Positions 61,481 through 64,000 of a stretch of DNA of 64,000 nucleotides are shown in pieces. The stretch lies in NCBI GenBank assembly GCA_021647715.1, contig JAKIUE010000001.1, forward strand, positions 11,285 through 75,284, read 5' to 3'. Both the position numbers and the translations under genes were made by a program. Numbering within the stretch: the first letter of the stretch is position 1; each line of letters opens with the position of its first letter. The notes beneath the pieces are model-generated. The model did not search any database and had not been told where the DNA came from. It saw only the letters and a program-made list of their open reading frames with translations. This stretch comes from Sulfurovum sp. (GTDB taxonomy: Bacteria > Campylobacterota > Campylobacteria > Campylobacterales > Sulfurovaceae).

Positions 61481-62058
61481 TATTTTTCCTTAATAGTGGA
61501 ATGTTTTAGTAATGATGCCAACATATAAAGTGGTGTATCTTCTTCTATAAGGTCTAACTTTTGTTTTGCTGATTTAATATCACCAGTTTTAATGTCAAGA
61601 TATGCCTTTTGAAACAATGTTAGTTCAGCATAGAGTTTTGAATCTTTAGGTGCTTTTTCTAAAACAGAAGAAACATAACTACTAGCATCTGCTATCACTT
61701 TGTTTTTACTTGTACTTAAATCTTTGAGTACAGTTATATTTTCATTCTTCACTGCCTGTGTATAGTTAAAAAGTTCAAATAACTTTGGATTCTTATCTTT
61801 CAACGTTGCAAGTGCCTGTGCATCATCTGCTTTAGTTTGCAAAGTTAAAAATGCTTCATTTGCCTCTGATAAATTAGATTCATGTGCACTTTGCATATAT
61901 GCTCTACCAAGGAAAAAAACAATAATCCCAATCACAAGTGCCCAAAGTAAATATTTATATTTTTTATAGTAAGTTTCTAACTTAAAGACATTCTCTAATA
62001 CTTTTTCATCATTGCTTAATTCTTTTTTTATCTCTTTTCCCGCATCTGCTAAATTCAC
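61480..62058 (-). CDS. Membrane-anchored TPR-like protein (YfgM-like)
   Basis: N-terminal TM after YYKKYKY, then helical repeats. Confidence 0.65.
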   Translation of the reverse strand: MNLADAGKEIKKELSNDEKVLENVFKLETYYKKYKYLLWALVIGIIVFFLGRAYMQSAHESNLSEANEAFLTLQTKADDAQALATLKDKNPKLFELFNYTQAVKNENITVLKDLSTSKNKVIADASSYVSSVLEKAPKDSKLYAELTLFQKAYLDIKTGDIKSAKQKLDLIEEDTPLYMLASLLKHSTIKEK

Positions 62059-62116
62059 AGTGTTCTCCTCACTAAGTTCATTAAATTATATTATACCTTT
62101 TGGAGTTAAATATTAG

Positions 62117-64000
62117 CTACAACTCAACGACTGTAATACCCAAATTACCAGGCATTCTATAAAACTTTCCTATTTTAGGATGTTTTTTTAGATACTCACT
62201 CACAAGCTTAGACAACACTCCCCCACCCGTACCATGAATAATCTGAACTTCATTCAAATGATTCACCAATGCATCAGAGAGAAACTTATCTACTGTATCT
62301 ATAGCTTCGTCTGCATACATTCCTAATAATTTCACAGAAACCGTCGCACCTGATTTTTCTACAGATACCTCTACTTTAGGTTTACGTGGTTTAGGCTTTA
62401 ATTTTAGCTGTGGCATATCACCTCGACGTTTAAGTTGTGAAAGTGGCACACGCATTTTAAGTCCATCTACAATAATAGTCGCATCTTTCCCACGCAAAGA
62501 GACAATCTCACCCTTATGCGAGCGATACTTTACTTTATCTCCCTCTTTCAAAGGCTCGGTATCATTTTTTGATAATTCTTTTTGTGTAAAATCTTTTCGT
62601 TTATGGGCAACGTTAAGTAATCTTCTACCCTCAGTAGATTCTTTCACTTTTAAAGCTTCTCGTGCTTTTTTCGTTGCTGCATTATAACGATTCTCAAGTG
62701 TTGCTATAGCTTTTCGATGTTGCTCTTGAAGTTTGAACTCTTCATCTTCTAGTTGGACTTTTCTATTCTCTACCTGTTTTAAGTCTTCATCTATTTTTGT
62801 AATTTTCAAACGCATTTCACGTTCTAGGGACGTGGACTTTTCTATAAGTTCGTTAAGGTTTTCTTTATCTTCCCCATATACTTCTTTTGCTTTATTAACA
62901 ATAGCCATAGGTACCCCATACCTCTGTGCTGTCTCAAAAGCATAAGATTTCCCTATGCTTCCTTGTAAAAAAGTATAAGTAGGTAACCTACGCTCCTCAT
63001 CATAAAGTGCGGCAACAAGTTCTACCTCATCATCTACTGCCATAAGTGAAGCCAGACGCTTATGGTGTGTTGTTACTATGAAATGTATGCCCTTTTTCCG
63101 TAACTCATCTAGCATAACTCTAAAAAGTGAAGCTGCTTCATCAGAGTCAGTTCCAAGTTCTATCTCGTCGACTCCTACGATGGCATCTTCTTTGTTAAAA
63201 AGTTTTGCAAACTCCTGCATACGTCCTGCAAAAGTAGAAATATCATTCTTCACTGACTGTGGGTCATCTATCACAGCTTCTATGCTTTTATAATGTCCCA
63301 CTTCTGTTTTAGATGCATCACATTTAAAAGGAAGCAGGTACTTAGACATATACACAGCACTTAACATAGACTTAAGCAACATCGTTTTACCCCCAGCATT
63401 GACCCCTGTAACCAACATAATTTGTTTGTTAAAATCCATACTTATAGGCACTGGGTTTTCTAGAGCTGGATGTGAAAAGTCTGCTAACTTAATACGCTTA
63501 GATTTCGAAGGTAAGATAAACTCATATTCTTTTGCCCTTGCAAAGCTCACCCGTGCCTGATAATGATCAAAACGGTCATATTCTTTGTTGATAAAATGTA
63601 AAAAACGTTCCCACTTAAAGAAAATATCTGATATTTCTTTACAATAACGGTAAAGAATCTCTTCTTTATTTGAAAGTAAAACAGATTCTTTTTCTTTCAA
63701 ATGCGAGATACTCTGAGGTAAAATATAAAAAAAACCTCCCGGACTACGGGCTACTACAGTAGCTTTTATAACATTGTTAAATCCACCTCTTACAAGTAGT
63801 GTCTCTTCTCCACCATTAAAATGTACTTGTGTATCTACCAGATAGTCTCTTAGCTTAGAAGAATGTGCAAGTTTATACAGCGTCTCTTTAATGTCGCCTT
63901 TGTTATGCTTAATAGCACGTTCTAGTTTAAAAAGTTCAGGATCACGTTCAGGGTTAATGTCTCCCTCATCTGTAAAAAAACCTATAATTTCAAATATCTC
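62117..64000 (-). CDS. mutS2: Endonuclease MutS2, 5'-truncated by the window edge
   Basis: The frame is open to 64000. Walker A TGVNAGGKT, STFAGR, DEIELGTD, TTHH and a C-terminal Smr domain IIHGTGGG. Confidence 0.95.
   Translation of the reverse strand, partial: EIFEIIGFFTDEGDINPERDPELFKLERAIKHNKGDIKETLYKLAHSSKLRDYLVDTQVHFNGGEETLLVRGGFNNVIKATVVARSPGGFFYILPQSISHLKEKESVLLSNKEEILYRYCKEISDIFFKWERFLHFINKEYDRFDHYQARVSFARAKEYEFILPSKSKRIKLADFSHPALENPVPISMDFNKQIMLVTGVNAGGKTMLLKSMLSAVYMSKYLLPFKCDASKTEVGHYKSIEAVIDDPQSVKNDISTFAGRMQEFAKLFNKEDAIVGVDEIELGTDSDEAASLFRVMLDELRKKGIHFIVTTHHKRLASLMAVDDEVELVAALYDEERRLPTYTFLQGSIGKSYAFETAQRYGVPMAIVNKAKEVYGEDKENLNELIEKSTSLEREMRLKITKIDEDLKQVENRKVQLEDEEFKLQEQHRKAIATLENRYNAATKKAREALKVKESTEGRRLLNVAHKRKDFTQKELSKNDTEPLKEGDKVKYRSHKGEIVSLRGKDATIIVDGLKMRVPLSQLKRRGDMPQLKLKPKPRKPKVEVSVEKSGATVSVKLLGMYADEAIDTVDKFLSDALVNHLNEVQIIHGTGGGVLSKLVSEYLKKHPKIGKFYRMPGNLGITVVEL

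Overview
A 64 kb AT-rich chromosomal window from a Campylobacterota (epsilonproteobacterial) chemolithotroph. The Sulfurovum/Sulfurimonas-like assignment is inferred from HobA, a RacRS/ArsRS-type two-component system, epsilon-type FolP and Mqo, and SoxF/FccB. The backbone is conserved housekeeping synteny: lysS-glyA-DUF1882-SPOR-aroE; cmoA-ribF-tlyA-ligA-folP-holB-hobA-lysC-rppH / hemW-tatBC-queA; ruvX, dprA, ilvC; rnr-holA; rpsF-ssb-rpsR; hisG-coaX-xerD-mutS2. Small accessory cargo is wedged into these operons: a ccdAB toxin-antitoxin pair, an AbiJ/HEPN-like gene, an NgoPII/HaeIII-type GGCC restriction-modification system, SMI1/KNR4, and DUF285, DUF1566 and beta-barrel surface proteins. The most notable sequence-level signals are: (1) a 1.2 kb SMI1/KNR4 cassette flanked by an exact 67 bp duplication of a methyltransferase 3' end, attL/attR-like but with no integrase inside; (2) two different REP/REPIN-like inverted hairpin doublets with compensatory base changes; (3) a multi-helix structured leader directly upstream of folP; (4) a Cys4 zinc-ribbon-like tail on LysRS; (5) an atypical Tat-exported Rieske protein next to SoxF; and (6) an octaheme cytochrome c. 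I found no rRNA, tRNA, CRISPR array, transposase or prophage. All product names come from recognising motifs by eye; no database search was run.
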